This document shows positions 21,240 through 30,906 of a stretch of DNA of 36,454 nt, piece by piece. The notes beneath the pieces are model-generated. The model was given only the letters and a program-made list of their open reading frames with translations, was not told the DNA's origin and made no database searches. The DNA is from an uncultured Thiotrichales bacterium (lineage in GTDB: Bacteria > Pseudomonadota > Gammaproteobacteria > UBA4575). Location of the stretch: the NCBI GenBank assembly GCA_964468615.1, contig CAYXVH010000238.1, positions 1-36,454 on the forward strand, in the 5' to 3' direction. The position numbers and the translations under genes were made by a program. Numbering within the stretch: position 1 is the stretch's first letter; every line of letters begins with the position of its first letter.

Positions 21240-21258
21240 GCAATTGTCGAACAATTGC
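21240..21258. promoter_or_regulatory. Candidate operator: perfect palindrome GCAATTG-TCGAA-CAATTGC, with a further direct copy AAGCAATTG at 21215-21223
   Basis: Read directly. The 7-bp arms are exact reverse complements. The site lies in the divergent intergenic region and ends 25 nt upstream of the FmdB-family ATG (21284). Confidence 0.35.
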
Positions 21259-21283
21259 CAAAGGTTTTTTAAATACTCCGCTT

Positions 21284-21631
21284 ATGCCAATTTACGAATA
21301 TCAATGCCAAGCATGCGAGGCTGTGCACGAAGCCTTGCAAAAGATAAGTGACCCTCTATTAAAGAAATGTCCAGAGTGCGGGAAATCTAAATTAAAGAAA
21401 TTGGTTTCAGCACCTAGTTTTAGATTGAGTGGTACAGGTTGGTACGAGACAGATTTTAAATCCGATAAGGATAAGAAACGTAATTTGGCCTCTGATGATT
21501 CACAGAAGGAAAGCTCTTCGAAAGATAGCAAAAGTAAAACTGAAAAGAAGGATGAGGCTAAAAAAGCGGCTCCCGATAAGAGTAGTGCAAAATCTACCAA
21601 AAAAACCAAAAAGCAAAAAGCCTCAGATTAG
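21284..21631 (+). CDS. FmdB-family zinc-ribbon protein with a Lys/Ser-rich C-terminal tail
   Basis: The N-terminal MPIYEYQCQACEAVHE...KCPECG has two CxxC pairs typical of FmdB/CxxC_CxxC_SSSS zinc ribbons. The tail is low-complexity and K/S/D-rich. Confidence 0.85.
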   Translation: MPIYEYQCQACEAVHEALQKISDPLLKKCPECGKSKLKKLVSAPSFRLSGTGWYETDFKSDKDKKRNLASDDSQKESSSKDSKSKTEKKDEAKKAAPDKSSAKSTKKTKKQKASD

Positions 21632-21785
21632 GATCAATAATTCACCCAATTTAGGGTTTCTCACTAGATCGTGTCCAGCTTTGTTGCATAGACCATATGT
21701 TGCATAGGATAGTCTCAAATCGTACTATTCGCCGCTTGGCAGACATTTTGTCATTCAGCTATATTTAGAATTACTAGGGTAAAAA

Positions 21786-23567
21786 ATGCGAACTCATTAC
21801 TGCGGTCAGGTTACAGAAAAGCTGATCGATCAAGAAATCTCTGCCTGTGGGTGGGTAAACAAAAGACGTGATCATGGTGGAGTGATTTTTATCGATCTAC
21901 GAGATCGAGAAGGCATTCTTCAAGTTGTATTTGATCCAGATACTCCCGAAATATTTGCACTAGCCGAACAAATTCGTAATGAATATGTATTGCATATTAA
22001 AGGTCGTGTACGCATGCGACCTGAAGGAACGATCAATTCTGATCTACCTACTGGTCAAATAGAGGTCTTAGCTAAGTCTTTAGAAGTTTTAAATGAATCA
22101 GATACACCTCCATTTCAATTAGACGACGACGACGTGCACGAAGAAAATCGCTTGCGTTATCGTTATGTGGATTTGCGTCGTCCATTTATGCAAGAGCGTA
22201 TTCGAACCAAAGCAAAAGTTGTCAGTGGAATACGAAACTTTTTAGACAAAAATGGTTTTTTAGACATAGAAACACCAATTCTTACTAAAGCGACTCCAGA
22301 AGGCGCACGCGATTATTTAGTGCCTAGTCGAACGCAACCCGGCTCATTTTTTGCCTTGCCGCAATCGCCACAATTATTTAAACAGTTGTTAATGATGAGT
22401 GGCTTTGATCGCTACTATCAAGTGGTGCGTTGTTTCCGCGATGAAGATCTGCGTGCCGATCGCCAACCTGAATTTACCCAGCTTGATATTGAAACCTCAT
22501 TTATGGGTCAAGACGAGATCATGTCGATAATGGAAGACATGATGCGTGAATCATTTAAAGAAAATGTAAATGTAGACTTAGGTAATCCATTCCCAAGAAT
22601 GACGTATGCAGAAGCCATGCATCGTTTTGGGAGTGACAAACCTGATTTACGTATTCCGCTTGAATTCATCGATATTACGGATTTAATGAAAAACGTTGAG
22701 TTTAAAGTTTTCAATGCGCCTGCAAACGACGAAGAAAGTCGTATTGCAATGCTTAAGGTTCCAAATGGCTCAAAAATTTCACGCAAAGAAATTGATGGTT
22801 ACACGGAGTATGTCGGGCAATATGGCGCTAAAGGACTTGCTTACATTAAATGTAACGATGTAAGCGACCTTAAGGAAGGTTTACAGTCACCCATACTGAA
22901 GTTTTTGCCTGAAGAAACCATTCAACAACTGGTTGAAGTTTCAAAAGTGGAAAATGGTGATCTGTTATTTTTTGGTGCTGATAAGAAAACCGTTGTTAAC
23001 GCGGCTCTGGGTGCGTTGCGCGTTAAGATTGGTCATGATCTGAATATGGTTGAAGAGGGTTGGAAACCATTATGGGTTGTCGACTTCCCAATGTTTGAGT
23101 GGGATCAGGATGCTAAACGCTGGTCTGCATTGCATCATCCATTTACCGCACCCGATTTCACCGATCCACAAAAGCTAATTGATAATCCTGGTGAAGCATT
23201 ATCGCAAGCCTACGACATGGTATTAAACGGCACCGAAGTGGGTGGTGGTTCAGTGCGTATTCATAAACAAGATATGCAAGCCGCAGTTTTTAAAGTGTTA
23301 GGTATAGAAGAGCAAGAAGCGGAAGAAAAATTTGGTTTCTTACTTAAGGCGCTTACGTTCGGCGCACCACCGCATGGTGGTATCGCATTCGGTTTAGATC
23401 GTTTAGTGATGTTAATGACCGGTAGTCAATCTATTCGCGATGTGATTCCATTCCCTAAAACACAGAATGCAACGTGTTTGTTAACCGATGCGCCTGCTGA
23501 TGTTAACGAACGTCAGTTAAAAGAATTGCATATACGCAAGCGTGTTTCTAAGGTTGATAAAAGTTAG
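21786..23567 (+). CDS. aspS: Aspartate--tRNA ligase
   Basis: 593 aa. Contains MRTHYCGQV, the class II motifs [18 protein letters not shown] and GGGSVRIH, and [12 protein letters not shown]. Confidence 0.97.
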   Translation: MRTHYCGQVTEKLIDQEISACGWVNKRRDHGGVIFIDLRDREGILQVVFDPDTPEIFALAEQIRNEYVLHIKGRVRMRPEGTINSDLPTGQIEVLAKSLEVLNESDTPPFQLDDDDVHEENRLRYRYVDLRRPFMQERIRTKAKVVSGIRNFLDKNGFLDIETPILTKATPEGARDYLVPSRTQPGSFFALPQSPQLFKQLLMMSGFDRYYQVVRCFRDEDLRADRQPEFTQLDIETSFMGQDEIMSIMEDMMRESFKENVNVDLGNPFPRMTYAEAMHRFGSDKPDLRIPLEFIDITDLMKNVEFKVFNAPANDEESRIAMLKVPNGSKISRKEIDGYTEYVGQYGAKGLAYIKCNDVSDLKEGLQSPILKFLPEETIQQLVEVSKVENGDLLFFGADKKTVVNAALGALRVKIGHDLNMVEEGWKPLWVVDFPMFEWDQDAKRWSALHHPFTAPDFTDPQKLIDNPGEALSQAYDMVLNGTEVGGGSVRIHKQDMQAAVFKVLGIEEQEAEEKFGFLLKALTFGAPPHGGIAFGLDRLVMLMTGSQSIRDVIPFPKTQNATCLLTDAPADVNERQLKELHIRKRVSKVDKS

Positions 23568-23664
23568 AAATCAATCGATTCTGATGCGCATGGCTGTACA
23601 AGTGCCGTGTAAGACAGGATGTCGAGAACGGATGAACCCATTGATGTGGGCTAAAATAAATACT

Positions 23665-23985
23665 TTAGTTTAATTTACGTTTCGGATCTTGGATGAGAAC
23701 CCAGGGTCTAATCACTACTGACCAAACTTCTGTATTGTCTTTTTCCCATGCAATGGCTTGCTGGTCAAAGTTTTTTGCTAGTAGTCCCGCTTCCATCCAT
23801 TGCTTGATTTGATCTGCATCGTCTATAGAGATGGTATAGCCCACTTCAACCAAGTCCAACGTATCGCTTACTAGAATGAGTATGCCTTGCGCGTAAAACC
23901 GTTCCAGTTCTTTCCAGGGTGCTTTTGCAGTTTCACCAACGATTTTGGCTTTTTCTCGTTGAATGAATTCTTCTAGTTGATCCAT
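23665..23985 (-). CDS. Small conserved protein, DUF2288-like
   Basis: 106 aa soluble ORF with coding-like composition. The family assignment is recalled from the pattern ...FYAQGILILVSDTLDLVEV...QWMEAGLL and is tentative. Confidence 0.5.
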   Translation of the reverse strand: MDQLEEFIQREKAKIVGETAKAPWKELERFYAQGILILVSDTLDLVEVGYTISIDDADQIKQWMEAGLLAKNFDQQAIAWEKDNTEVWSVVIRPWVLIQDPKRKLN

Positions 23986-23990
23986 TAAAA

Positions 23991-24836
23991 TTAATAAGCT
24001 TGTTCATTTTCTATTAATTCACGAACATCATAAGTAGCAGGTTGTGGCTGCAAATTAGATTTGGAAGTAAATTGCTTAGCTTCTCTAGAGTTTGGGAATT
24101 GCTGAACAAGTAAAAGTTTATATTTATCTGCCAGTTGAGGATCTCCATTCGCATCTGAAATCTGTGCACCTAATAAAAGAGTCTTTGGGGTAGGTTGTGC
24201 TACTTTTTCATATTCTTGCAACAACTTATAAGCATTGTCGTAACTGTAATTACCATACTGGATTTTAGCCAGTTGATACCAAGGTACAGGTGATTTCGGA
24301 TTAATTTTTAATGCTGTGCTGAAGTAATTGGTGGCTTTAACTTTGTCTGGAATCCCAAGTACACATATCCCTGCATTGGTATAGGCAACATCGGGTTGAG
24401 CATTGTTTTTATTTTTAGCTGCAGCTAAATATATTTTTTCGGCTTCTAGCGGTTTGTCGTGTTTACATAGAAAGCTAGCATAGTTGGTTTGTGCAGCAGA
24501 GTGGTTGGGATCATGGGATAAAGCGCGTTTAAAATAGCGCTCAGCTTGCTCGGTTTGATTGTTTTTATTATAGATAAGGCCGGCTACGGTATAGGCATCG
24601 GCAGATTTTGGGTTGAGTTCTAAAGCTTTCTTAACAGAGGCTAGTGCAGCATCTAATCTTCCGGCATTCATGTATTGCACGGCTTGGACTACATAGCCTT
24701 CATCTTGAACAGCGGTTTTTTGAGGGGTGCTTGAGCAAGATGCCATTAAACCAATTAGTGTGATGGTCAGTATAATTTTGGTTAAACGCATAGGGAAAAG
24801 CAGTGTTTTGTTTGTACACTTTAGCAGTGAAATCAT
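23991..24836 (-). CDS. pilW: TPR-repeat lipoprotein, PilF/PilW-like (type IV pilus biogenesis/stability)
   Basis: The lipoprotein signal MRLTKIILTITLIGLMASC suggests the true start may be the internal ATG at 24791. It has about 6 TPR units. Its segments TNYASFLCKHDKPLEAEK and KTLLLGAQIS...LLVQQFPNSREAKQF run parallel to P. aeruginosa PilF as I recall it. Confidence 0.7.
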   Translation of the reverse strand: MISLLKCTNKTLLFPMRLTKIILTITLIGLMASCSSTPQKTAVQDEGYVVQAVQYMNAGRLDAALASVKKALELNPKSADAYTVAGLIYNKNNQTEQAERYFKRALSHDPNHSAAQTNYASFLCKHDKPLEAEKIYLAAAKNKNNAQPDVAYTNAGICVLGIPDKVKATNYFSTALKINPKSPVPWYQLAKIQYGNYSYDNAYKLLQEYEKVAQPTPKTLLLGAQISDANGDPQLADKYKLLLVQQFPNSREAKQFTSKSNLQPQPATYDVRELIENEQAY

Positions 24837-24887
24837 GATAAGTTTCTTACAAAGTCTATTATAAAATACTAATTTACATAGTTTTAA

Positions 24888-25313
24888 ATGGAATATAAAC
24901 GACCAGAATCTGTACTTGTCCTAGTATACACGCAAGCCAGTGAAGTCTTGATGCTGCGCCGCAAGTTCCCGAATGACTTCTGGCAGTCGGTTACGGGCAG
25001 TCTAGAATGGGAGGAGATTCCGCAACAGGCTGCAGTACGTGAGCTGCAAGAGGAGACTGGGATTGCCCAGCTCGAATTACATGATTGTCAGTTTTCACAG
25101 AATTTCGAGATTTATTCTATCTGGAGAGAGCGTTACGCCCCCGGAATCACCGAAAATAAGGAACATGTGTTTAGTTTGGAGTTGCCTGAAAAAATTGATA
25201 TACAGCTTGAACCAAGGGAGCACGAAGAGTTTGTTTGGCTACCTAAGCAAGAGGCAACTGATTTAGCTTTTTCGCATACCAATCAAGAGGCTATTCAGCG
25301 CTGGGTGCCCTAG
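24888..25313 (+). CDS. nudB: Dihydroneopterin triphosphate diphosphatase (Nudix)
   Basis: 141 aa. Contains the Nudix box GSLEWEEIPQQAAVRELQEETGI. FWQSVTGS and ERYAPGITEN closely parallel E. coli NudB, and the gene sits in the conserved aspS/nudB/yebC/ruvC neighbourhood. Confidence 0.9.
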   Translation: MEYKRPESVLVLVYTQASEVLMLRRKFPNDFWQSVTGSLEWEEIPQQAAVRELQEETGIAQLELHDCQFSQNFEIYSIWRERYAPGITENKEHVFSLELPEKIDIQLEPREHEEFVWLPKQEATDLAFSHTNQEAIQRWVP

Positions 25314-25386
25314 TCGTAACCATGAACGATACTGTAATACTGTACCATTTAAAATCACAAAGTTACTTAGGATTTAAATTAAGATA

Positions 25387-26013
25387 ATGCGCGAAGTTGT
25401 TGTTTGTACACATGGTATTTGGATGAAGGGCTGGGTGATGAAGCCGATATCGCGTTATTTGAGTACCCATGGACATGAGTGTGTGGAGTACTCCTATCAA
25501 AGTGTCAGGCGCAGTCCTAAAGAAAATGCACAGATGTTGGGCAAATTCGTACAACAATTGGATGCTGACATCGTGCATTTTGTTGCCCATAGCTATGGCG
25601 GGCTCATTCTACTGCATTATTTTCAAATGTTTGATGCGGCGGCGAAGCCAGGGAGGGTAGTAATGCTAGGGTCGCCGCTAACAGGTAGTGGCGTAGCGAA
25701 GCATTTGTCAAAAAATAATTTGTTAAAAAATAATATTTTAGGAGCAGGTTCTAAGTCTTTACTTGGAAGTGCGCCAAGCTGGAAAGGCACGCATCCTCTG
25801 GCCGTTATTGCAGGTACTAAAGGCTATGGAGTAGGTCAGCTGCTAGGAGCTTCACTTGATAAGCCTAATGATGGCACGGTTGCAGTATCTGAAACTAAAG
25901 TGAGTAATTGCACAGTGCATATTCAGGTTCCCTATAGTCATACCGGCTTGCTGTTATCCAAAAACGTAGCAACGCTGGTAGATGAGTTCATTCGCACCGG
26001 GGACTGTCATTAG
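25387..26013 (+). CDS. Small alpha/beta-fold hydrolase (lipase/esterase-like)
   Basis: 208 aa. Contains the nucleophile-elbow variant VAHSYGG (G/A-x-S-x-G) after VVVCTHGIW, with a late H in PYSHTGLL. The substrate is unknown. Confidence 0.7.
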   Translation: MREVVVCTHGIWMKGWVMKPISRYLSTHGHECVEYSYQSVRRSPKENAQMLGKFVQQLDADIVHFVAHSYGGLILLHYFQMFDAAAKPGRVVMLGSPLTGSGVAKHLSKNNLLKNNILGAGSKSLLGSAPSWKGTHPLAVIAGTKGYGVGQLLGASLDKPNDGTVAVSETKVSNCTVHIQVPYSHTGLLLSKNVATLVDEFIRTGDCH

Positions 26014-26174
26014 CCAGATTGTCAGCCAGATCGTCTGTAATTTCCTCAAGCTATTCTTTATATAGGGGTTGTCTACTAATGGGAATGAAAGTGCTAAAAT
26101 ACTGCCGTTGATTTGGGAGAGCTTTGCTATGCCTATTCAGGGTATATCGAAGATAGAAAACTAGAGGAGTTTCA

Positions 26175-26921
26175 ATGGCTGGTCACAGTAAATGGGCCAA
26201 TATCCAACATCGCAAAAAAGCACAAGATGCTAAACGCGGGAAGTTATTCACCAGGCTAATTCGTGAAATCACGGTTGCCGCTCGTATGGGTGGCTCAGAC
26301 ATGGATTCTAATCCGCGTCTACGTCTTGCCGTGGACAAAGGCCTATCCGCCAATATGAACAAGGATACGGTGGACCGTGCGATTAAGCGCGGTGCAGGTG
26401 AACAGGATGGCGATAATTATGAAGAAATTCGTTACGAGGGTTACGGACCTGGCGGTAGCGCAATTTTAGTGGACTGTATGACAGATAATCGTAACCGTAC
26501 AGTTGCAGAAGTTCGTCATGCATTTACCAAGTTTAATGGCAACATGGGTACATCAGGATCGGTTGCCTACATGTTTGAGAATATGGGCGTTATACAGTTT
26601 GCGCCTGGCACAGATGAAGATGCGGTGATGGAGGCGGCATTAGAATCTGGTGCAGAAGATGTCGTCACCTCGGATGATGGCAGTATTGAAGTATTAACGT
26701 CCCCTGAAGAATTTATAAACGTCAAAGATGCTTTGGTTGCTGCAGGTCTAAATCTTGTAGAGGCTGAAGTTACTATGCGTGCTGATAATAGGGCTGCCTT
26801 GTCAAACAAGGAAGGTGAAAGCATGTTAAAGCTTTTAGATGTTTTGGATGAACTTGATGATGTACAAAATGTTTTCTCAAATGCCGATATACCAGATTCA
26901 GTTTACGAAGCTGTCGCGTAG
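26175..26921 (+). CDS. yebC: YebC/PmpR-family DNA-binding transcriptional regulator
   Basis: 248 aa. The N-terminal [32 protein letters not shown] is the hallmark YebC sequence, and the gene is upstream of ruvC. Confidence 0.97.
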   Translation: MAGHSKWANIQHRKKAQDAKRGKLFTRLIREITVAARMGGSDMDSNPRLRLAVDKGLSANMNKDTVDRAIKRGAGEQDGDNYEEIRYEGYGPGGSAILVDCMTDNRNRTVAEVRHAFTKFNGNMGTSGSVAYMFENMGVIQFAPGTDEDAVMEAALESGAEDVVTSDDGSIEVLTSPEEFINVKDALVAAGLNLVEAEVTMRADNRAALSNKEGESMLKLLDVLDELDDVQNVFSNADIPDSVYEAVA

Positions 26922-26929
26922 AGTATTGC

Positions 26930-27496
26930 ATGCAATACAACGTACCTGAAAAGAAAGACAACATGGTTCGAATCTTGGGTATTGACCCGGGGTTGCAAAT
27001 AACGGGCTTTGGCATCATTGAAAGCGATGGTAGGACTAGCCGTTATATTCATAGCGCAAACATTCGCGCCAAAAATACGAAAGATGGTGATGTAACCATC
27101 CCGCATCGTTTAGGCATTATTTTTAGTAAATTGTCAGAAGCGATTGAGCAATTCCAACCTGATGAAGTGGCCGTTGAAGAGGTGTTTATTAATAAAAATG
27201 CATCTTCTTCTTTAAAACTGGGTCATGCGCGCGGTGCTGCTATTTGTGCAGCAGTACATCAACGTGTTCCGGTTAATGAATATAGCGCGCGTTCAGTGAA
27301 ACAAGCTGTAGTAGGAAATGGTGCTGCCAACAAAGATCAAATCCAACACATGGTGCTACGTTTGCTTGGTTTGCGTGGTGAGTTGCAAGCAGATGAAGCG
27401 GATGCATTAGCCGTAAGTTTATGTCATGCGCATACTGCTTTAATGCTTAATAGTAAACGGATAACTACCAAATCAATTGTTGGGAGTTTTGCATGA
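26930..27496 (+). CDS. ruvC: Crossover junction endodeoxyribonuclease RuvC
   Basis: Contains ILGIDPGLQITGFGII, VAVEEVF and DEADALAVSLCH, covering the catalytic D/E/D/D contexts. The start may instead be the ATG at 26963 (MVRILGIDPG), which gives the canonical N-terminus. Confidence 0.95.
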   Translation: MQYNVPEKKDNMVRILGIDPGLQITGFGIIESDGRTSRYIHSANIRAKNTKDGDVTIPHRLGIIFSKLSEAIEQFQPDEVAVEEVFINKNASSSLKLGHARGAAICAAVHQRVPVNEYSARSVKQAVVGNGAANKDQIQHMVLRLLGLRGELQADEADALAVSLCHAHTALMLNSKRITTKSIVGSFA

Positions 27497-27533
27497 GGTT
27501 TTTTCATGACGCTGGGTTCATGGGGCTGGGTTC

Positions 27534-28142
27534 ATGATTGGACGTTTGCAAGGCGAGATCATAGAAAAGCAAGCCCCGTATCTTCTGTTAGATGTAAACG
27601 GTGTGGGTTACGAATTGGAAGCGCCTATGTCTACGTTTTACGAATTACCGGAATGTGGTCAGTCGGTGATGTTGCACACCCATTTAATGATTCGTGACGA
27701 TGCGCATACACTTTATGCCTTCAAACAAGTTCGTGATAGAAGTTTGTTTCGTAATTTATTAAAAGTGAATGGCGTAGGTGCCAAAATGGCATTGGCTATT
27801 TTGTCTGGTATGGATTCGAATGCCTTTGCGCAATGTATTCATCATGGCGATATAGATTCACTAGTGAAAATACCGGGAGTTGGCAAAAAAACTGCTGAGC
27901 GTCTAATTTTAGATATGCGCGACCGCTTAGATAAAGAAGTTACCTTGCAAGTTGCAAGTAATGGTAAAAATGGCAATGACGTAAATGGTTATGTTCAAGA
28001 CCCGATTGCAGATGCGGTTTCAGCATTAGTCTCTTTGGGTTATAAACCGAATGAAGCAAGTCGCATGGTGGGCAATGTCGATACCAAGAGTCAAAACAGT
28101 GAAGATATTATTCGTCAAGCACTCAAAACCAGCATGTCGTAA
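27534..28142 (+). CDS. ruvA: Holliday junction branch migration complex subunit RuvA
   Basis: 202 aa. MIGRLQGEIIEK matches the E. coli RuvA N-terminus, and the HhH motifs VNGVGAKMALAIL and IPGVGKKTAERL are present. Confidence 0.96.
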   Translation: MIGRLQGEIIEKQAPYLLLDVNGVGYELEAPMSTFYELPECGQSVMLHTHLMIRDDAHTLYAFKQVRDRSLFRNLLKVNGVGAKMALAILSGMDSNAFAQCIHHGDIDSLVKIPGVGKKTAERLILDMRDRLDKEVTLQVASNGKNGNDVNGYVQDPIADAVSALVSLGYKPNEASRMVGNVDTKSQNSEDIIRQALKTSMS

Positions 28143-28167
28143 AACAGACCAAGTTAATTAAAAATTC

Positions 28168-29265
28168 ATGGCAAATACAATTACTGAATTAGAAGAATCA
28201 CGAATCGTCGACACCAATGTTGAAAAAGATGAGGTGGTTGCTGAAAATGCGATTCGGCCTAATCAATTAAGTGAATACATTGGCCAAGAGAAAGTGCGTG
28301 AGCAGATGGAGATTTTTATTACTGCTGCTAGACAACGTCAAGAAGCTTTAGATCATGTGTTAATATTTGGGCCGCCAGGCTTAGGTAAAACAACTCTTTC
28401 GCATATTGTGGCGAATGAAATGCAGGTTAATTTGCGTCATACATCGGGTCCGGTATTAGAACGTCCGGGTGATTTGGCTGCGATCCTTACTAATTTAGAA
28501 CCACATGATGTGTTATTTGTGGATGAGATCCATCGCTTAAGTCCGGTGGTTGAAGAAGTTTTATATCCTGCATTGGAAGATTTTCAATTAGACATTGTAA
28601 TTGGGGAAGGGCCCGCAGCGCGTTCAATTAAATTAGATCTGCCGCCATTTACTTTAGTAGGCGCTACAACACGTGCAGGTTTGTTAACTTCTCCGTTAAG
28701 AGATCGATTTGGAATTGTTCAGCGACTTGAGTTTTACAATACTGAAGAACTAGCAACCATTGTTCGGCGTTCTGCAAAAATATTAGATGTGAAGCTCAAT
28801 GATGAAGGTGCAATACAGATAGCGAAACGTTCTAGAGGTACGCCTAGAATTGCGAATCGTTTATTGCGACGTGTGCGTGATTATGCGCAAGTTAAAGCAG
28901 ATGGTGTAGTGACTAGTAAAGTCGCAGATGCTGCACTAGATATGTTGAGTGTAGATGAACATGGTTTTGATAATATGGACAGACGATTGTTGCTTGCGGT
29001 GATTGAAAAATTTGAAGGTGGGCCAGTAGGTGTGGATAGTTTGGCTGCAGCTATTGGAGAAGAGCGCGGTACCATTGAAGATGTCATTGAACCGTTCTTA
29101 ATTCTTAAAGGCTTCATGATGCGTACGCCACGTGGTCGGGTGGCAACGGGACACGCTTATCGTCATTTCGGAATTAAGATTCCACAGCACAATTTAAGTT
29201 CTTCTATAGAAACAGACTCTAGTGAAGATCTGTTCTCATCAACATCACATGAAACTACCCAGTAA
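28168..29265 (+). CDS. ruvB: Holliday junction branch migration DNA helicase RuvB
   Basis: 365 aa. Contains Walker [10 protein letters not shown], Walker [10 protein letters not shown], and [16 protein letters not shown]. It has a C-terminal Ser/acidic extension of about 25 aa relative to E. coli RuvB. Confidence 0.97.
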   Translation: MANTITELEESRIVDTNVEKDEVVAENAIRPNQLSEYIGQEKVREQMEIFITAARQRQEALDHVLIFGPPGLGKTTLSHIVANEMQVNLRHTSGPVLERPGDLAAILTNLEPHDVLFVDEIHRLSPVVEEVLYPALEDFQLDIVIGEGPAARSIKLDLPPFTLVGATTRAGLLTSPLRDRFGIVQRLEFYNTEELATIVRRSAKILDVKLNDEGAIQIAKRSRGTPRIANRLLRRVRDYAQVKADGVVTSKVADAALDMLSVDEHGFDNMDRRLLLAVIEKFEGGPVGVDSLAAAIGEERGTIEDVIEPFLILKGFMMRTPRGRVATGHAYRHFGIKIPQHNLSSSIETDSSEDLFSSTSHETTQ

Positions 29266-29280
29266 GTTTAATTACAATTA

Positions 29281-29697
29281 ATGAAGCCCTTTGTATGGCA
29301 AACCCGTGTGTACTACGAAGACACCGATGCAGGTGGAGTGGTGTATTACGCCAATTATTTAAAATATATGGAACGTGCCAGAACCGAGTGGTTACGGGCG
29401 CTGGGTATTGATCAGGATGTTTTAATAAAAGAACTGAACGTTTTATTCGCGGTACGGTCAGTAACTATAGATTATAAGAAGCCTGCAAGATTTAATGATG
29501 CGTTAACGGTGAATGTGGTACCTAATACATTAAAACTGGCGAGTATTTCTTTCAAGCAAGACATAAGCCAACAAGCCGATACAGCTTGTGTATGTACAAC
29601 AAGTGAAGTAAATGTTGTTTGTTTGAACGCTAAAGACTTTTCACCCAATCCTATTCCTAAAAATTTATATAAAATTATTCAATCTGGGGAAGTATAA
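29281..29697 (+). CDS. ybgC: Tol-Pal system-associated acyl-CoA thioesterase YbgC
   Basis: 138 aa 4HBT hot-dog fold protein with VYYEDTDAGGVVYYANYLKYMERAR. It lies directly upstream of tolQ. Confidence 0.9.
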   Translation: MKPFVWQTRVYYEDTDAGGVVYYANYLKYMERARTEWLRALGIDQDVLIKELNVLFAVRSVTIDYKKPARFNDALTVNVVPNTLKLASISFKQDISQQADTACVCTTSEVNVVCLNAKDFSPNPIPKNLYKIIQSGEV

Positions 29698-29699
29698 TA

Positions 29700-30404
29700 A
29701 TGGCGACGGATACCAGTATTTTAGGCTTGATAATGGAAGCCAGCCTGTTGGTACAACTGGTGATGTTGATTTTGCTAATTGCATCGGTCATTTCATGGAC
29801 CATGATGGTAAGTAAGTGGAAAATTATTCGTGATGCACGGAATAGTGCGGATAATTTTGAGGATCGATTTTGGTCTGGTACAGACTTAGCTGCGCTGTAT
29901 GAAAAAGTTAGAGTAAAAAAAGATCCTACCGGCATGGAGCATATTTTCCTTGCAGGATTTAAAGAATATGTGAGGTTGCATCGCCAGCAACGCGTCTCAC
30001 CTGAAGCGATAACGGATACTGCATTACGTTCGATGAAAGTGGCGATGGCACGTGAAGTGGAAGCGCTAGAACACTATCTTTCTTTTTTAGCTACGGTAGG
30101 TTCTACCGCTCCTTATATTGGTTTGTTCGGCACAGTGTGGGGCATTATGAATTCATTTCGTGCTTTAGGTGATGTGCAACAAGCCACACTTTCTGCAGTG
30201 GCTCCCGGTATTGCCGAAGCCTTGATAGCAACCGCAATGGGATTGTTTGCTGCCATTCCTGCAGTTATTGCTTATAACCGCTATTCCACCGATGTAGAAC
30301 GCTTAATTATGCGCTATGACAATTTTGTTGAAGAGTTTACGGCATTATTGCAGCGTCAAGCATTGACCAAAGATATGGATATGCAAGCGCAAGTTCGTGG
30401 ATAA
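29700..30404 (+). CDS. tolQ: Tol-Pal system protein TolQ
   Basis: 234 aa MotA/TolQ/ExbB channel protein. Contains TVGSTAPYIGLFGTVWGIM and GIAEALIATAMGLFAAIPAVIAYN. Confidence 0.95.
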   Translation: MATDTSILGLIMEASLLVQLVMLILLIASVISWTMMVSKWKIIRDARNSADNFEDRFWSGTDLAALYEKVRVKKDPTGMEHIFLAGFKEYVRLHRQQRVSPEAITDTALRSMKVAMAREVEALEHYLSFLATVGSTAPYIGLFGTVWGIMNSFRALGDVQQATLSAVAPGIAEALIATAMGLFAAIPAVIAYNRYSTDVERLIMRYDNFVEEFTALLQRQALTKDMDMQAQVRG

Positions 30405-30426
30405 AGCGCATGGTTAGAGATATATC

Positions 30427-30903
30427 ATGGCATATGTAGGTATTAAACGTCGCAAGCGCATGGCTGAGATCAATGTGGTTCCCTATATTGATGTTACCTT
30501 GGTGTTGCTGGTGATTTTTATGGTTACCGCGCCCTTATTTCATCAAGGAGTTGAGGTAGATTTGCCTTCGGCACCTGCGAAGCCGCTGGAAAAAATTGAT
30601 GAAAATCAAGAGCCTATGATTATTTCAGTAGATCGTGCCGGACAAATTTTTGTAAATAAATCTGACACTCCTGGTGAACCGATAGCCGATGAGTTATTTA
30701 GAAACCAAATCGAAGAAATCTTATCTAAAGAACCAAGTCCTATATATGTGCGGGGAGATAATGGTGTGGATTATGGGCGTGTCGTAACAGTGATGGTTAT
30801 GCTGCAAGAAGCAGGAGCTGAGAATGTGGGATTGATTACCGATCCAACAGTCTCTGATTCCACTACGCCAGATTTTGCAGTGAAAGAACTCGATCCATTA
30901 TAA
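30427..30903 (+). CDS. tolR: Tol-Pal system protein TolR
   Basis: 158 aa ExbD/TolR protein. EINVVPYIDVTLVLLVIFMVTAP contains the conserved Asp in the TM helix. Confidence 0.93.
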   Translation: MAYVGIKRRKRMAEINVVPYIDVTLVLLVIFMVTAPLFHQGVEVDLPSAPAKPLEKIDENQEPMIISVDRAGQIFVNKSDTPGEPIADELFRNQIEEILSKEPSPIYVRGDNGVDYGRVVTVMVMLQEAGAENVGLITDPTVSDSTTPDFAVKELDPL

Positions 30904-30906
30904 GTC

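Noticed and set aside
21301-21707. Overlapping 102-aa (-) and 92-aa (+) ORFs around the FmdB-family gene
   Set aside because: Both are alternative frames of the low-complexity AAA/AAG/GAT-rich region that encodes the Lys/Ser-rich tail. The zinc-ribbon frame with the CxxC...CxxC N-terminus is the real one.
21683-21707. 9-bp direct repeat GTTGCATAG x2, 16 bp apart, upstream of aspS
   Set aside because: It is short, has no palindromic character, has no third copy, and is plausibly chance in AT-rich intergenic DNA. It is not worth a finding without comparative support.
25331-25346. ACTGTAATACTGTACC upstream of the alpha/beta hydrolase, which resembles an SOS (LexA) box half-site repeat
   Set aside because: The gammaproteobacterial LexA box needs CTGT-N8-ACAG. 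Here CTGT is followed after 8 nt by ACCA, so there is no ACAG half-site. The ruvA upstream region likewise has no CTGT-N8-ACAG.
27506-27697. 63-aa + ORF (MTLGSWGWVHDW...) overlapping the ruvA start
   Set aside because: It is out of frame with the clearly genuine ruvA (MIGRLQGEIIEK). The Trp/Gly pattern simply reflects the duplicated GCTGGGTTCATG 12-mer.
29170-29265. RuvB C-terminal extension of about 25 aa (…[24 protein letters not shown])
   Set aside because: It is a low-complexity Ser/acidic tail after the complete RuvB core. Such lineage-specific tails are common, and nothing suggests a fused domain.
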